A DNA stretch of 64,000 nucleotides, taken from the NCBI GenBank assembly GCA_017470935.1, contig JAFUXG010000055.1, positions 22,992 to 86,991 of the forward strand. Direction: 5' to 3'. Below, piece after piece: positions 63,647 to 64,000 of this stretch (positions are counted from its first letter, which is position 1; each line of letters starts with the position of its first letter). The stretch comes from Lachnospiraceae bacterium (GTDB taxonomy: Bacteria; Bacillota; Clostridia; Lachnospirales; Lachnospiraceae). Under the pieces are notes generated by a model. It saw only the letters and a list, made by a program, of their open reading frames with translations, had not been told where the DNA came from and did no database searches. The translations under genes and the position numbers were made by a program.

Positions 63647-64000
63647 ATGACAGAAAAATCAAATAATATAACCAACAATAATGCAGATGACAGAACACAA
63701 ACTGATAATAAGCCACAACTTACAGATGAACTGTATTTAGAAAAGATAAAGGAGCTTAGACCACTTGACGATGAATTTATGAGGGCGTTGTTCCAGAACA
63801 ATCTTCCGCTTGCGCAAATGGTACTCCGTATCATACTCGGAAAAAATGATTTGGTGCTTACCGAGGAAGAAACACAATATGATTTGAAACGTCTTGCAGG
63901 GGGCAGGTCATTATGCCTGGATGTTAAGGGCGTTGATGATGCAAATAAGCAATATGACATTGAAGTACAGAAGGCTTCGGCAGGAGCAAGACCGCATAGA
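63647..64000 (+). CDS. PD-(D/E)XK nuclease-family transposase-like (Rpn-like) protein, 5-prime partial, runs off the window
   Basis: Not in the ORF track because there is no stop. ATG at 63647 after SD GAGGTGA, open for 118 codons to the window end. DDEFMRALFQNN...LCLDVKGVDDANKQYDIEVQ matches the family N-terminal nuclease core. Confidence 0.65.
   Translation, partial: MTEKSNNITNNNADDRTQTDNKPQLTDELYLEKIKELRPLDDEFMRALFQNNLPLAQMVLRIILGKNDLVLTEEETQYDLKRLAGGRSLCLDVKGVDDANKQYDIEVQKASAGARPHR

Noticed and set aside
63586-63960. A 124-aa minus-strand ORF
   Set aside because: It is antisense to a + strand frame that has an SD and ATG at 63647 and recognisable PD-(D/E)XK transposase-family sequence. 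The + strand ORF is missing from the track only because it has no stop within the window.

Overview
This is a 64-kb chromosomal segment. Gene content, lipoboxes and AGGAGG-type ribosome-binding sites point to a low-GC Gram-positive anaerobe, Clostridia/Lachnospiraceae-like; the taxon is inference. Nearly all genes are on the + strand. In order, the window holds:
- a Fur-box-controlled FTR1/P19/DUF2318/FtsX-ABC iron-uptake operon ending in an FMN-binding lipoprotein (0.1-8.0 kb);
- a three-subunit succinate dehydrogenase/fumarate reductase-like complex (8.1-11.8 kb);
- a transglutaminase-like protein and an FtsX-type ABC transporter;
- small Cys-rich and HMA metal proteins (14.7-15.8 kb);
- a single 4.6-kb ORF (16.2-20.8 kb) fusing an RNase H-type hybrid-binding domain, a ClpB-like AAA+ module, an FtsH-like AAA+/M41 protease and a complete RNase HI, followed by a small orphan ORF (to 21.2 kb);
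- a P1B-like ATPase with an atypical metal motif;
- two paralogous ABC ATPase / giant FtsX-permease pairs;
- methyltransferases, DUF3793-flavodoxin, and MgtE with a structured leader;
- redox/stress genes (TetR, ferritin-like, OhrR-like MarR, MBL-rubredoxin, HD);
- an accessory patch with HTH-Fic and gene remnants;
- a His-tailed EamA transporter with an ATC-hydrolase / alpha-beta-hydrolase / methyltransferase / PLP-lyase cluster;
- a minus-strand ranthipeptide-type RiPP operon (precursor with 5 x Cys-X3-Asp plus a radical SAM/SPASM maturase);
- a LysR-associated carbonyl/quinone reductase cluster;
- ArsR-ACR3 and MerR with an Isf-like flavoprotein;
- a PD-(D/E)XK transposase-like gene running off the window end.

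Non-coding highlights are a recurrent GTTAG-N6-CTAAC palindrome in front of at least five operons, two families of dispersed structured repeats with compensatory stem changes, and a 107-bp tandem repeat inside the RiPP operon. I saw no rRNA, tRNA or CRISPR array. The best candidate for an undescribed system is the giant fusion ORF with its partner; I know of no described protein with that architecture.
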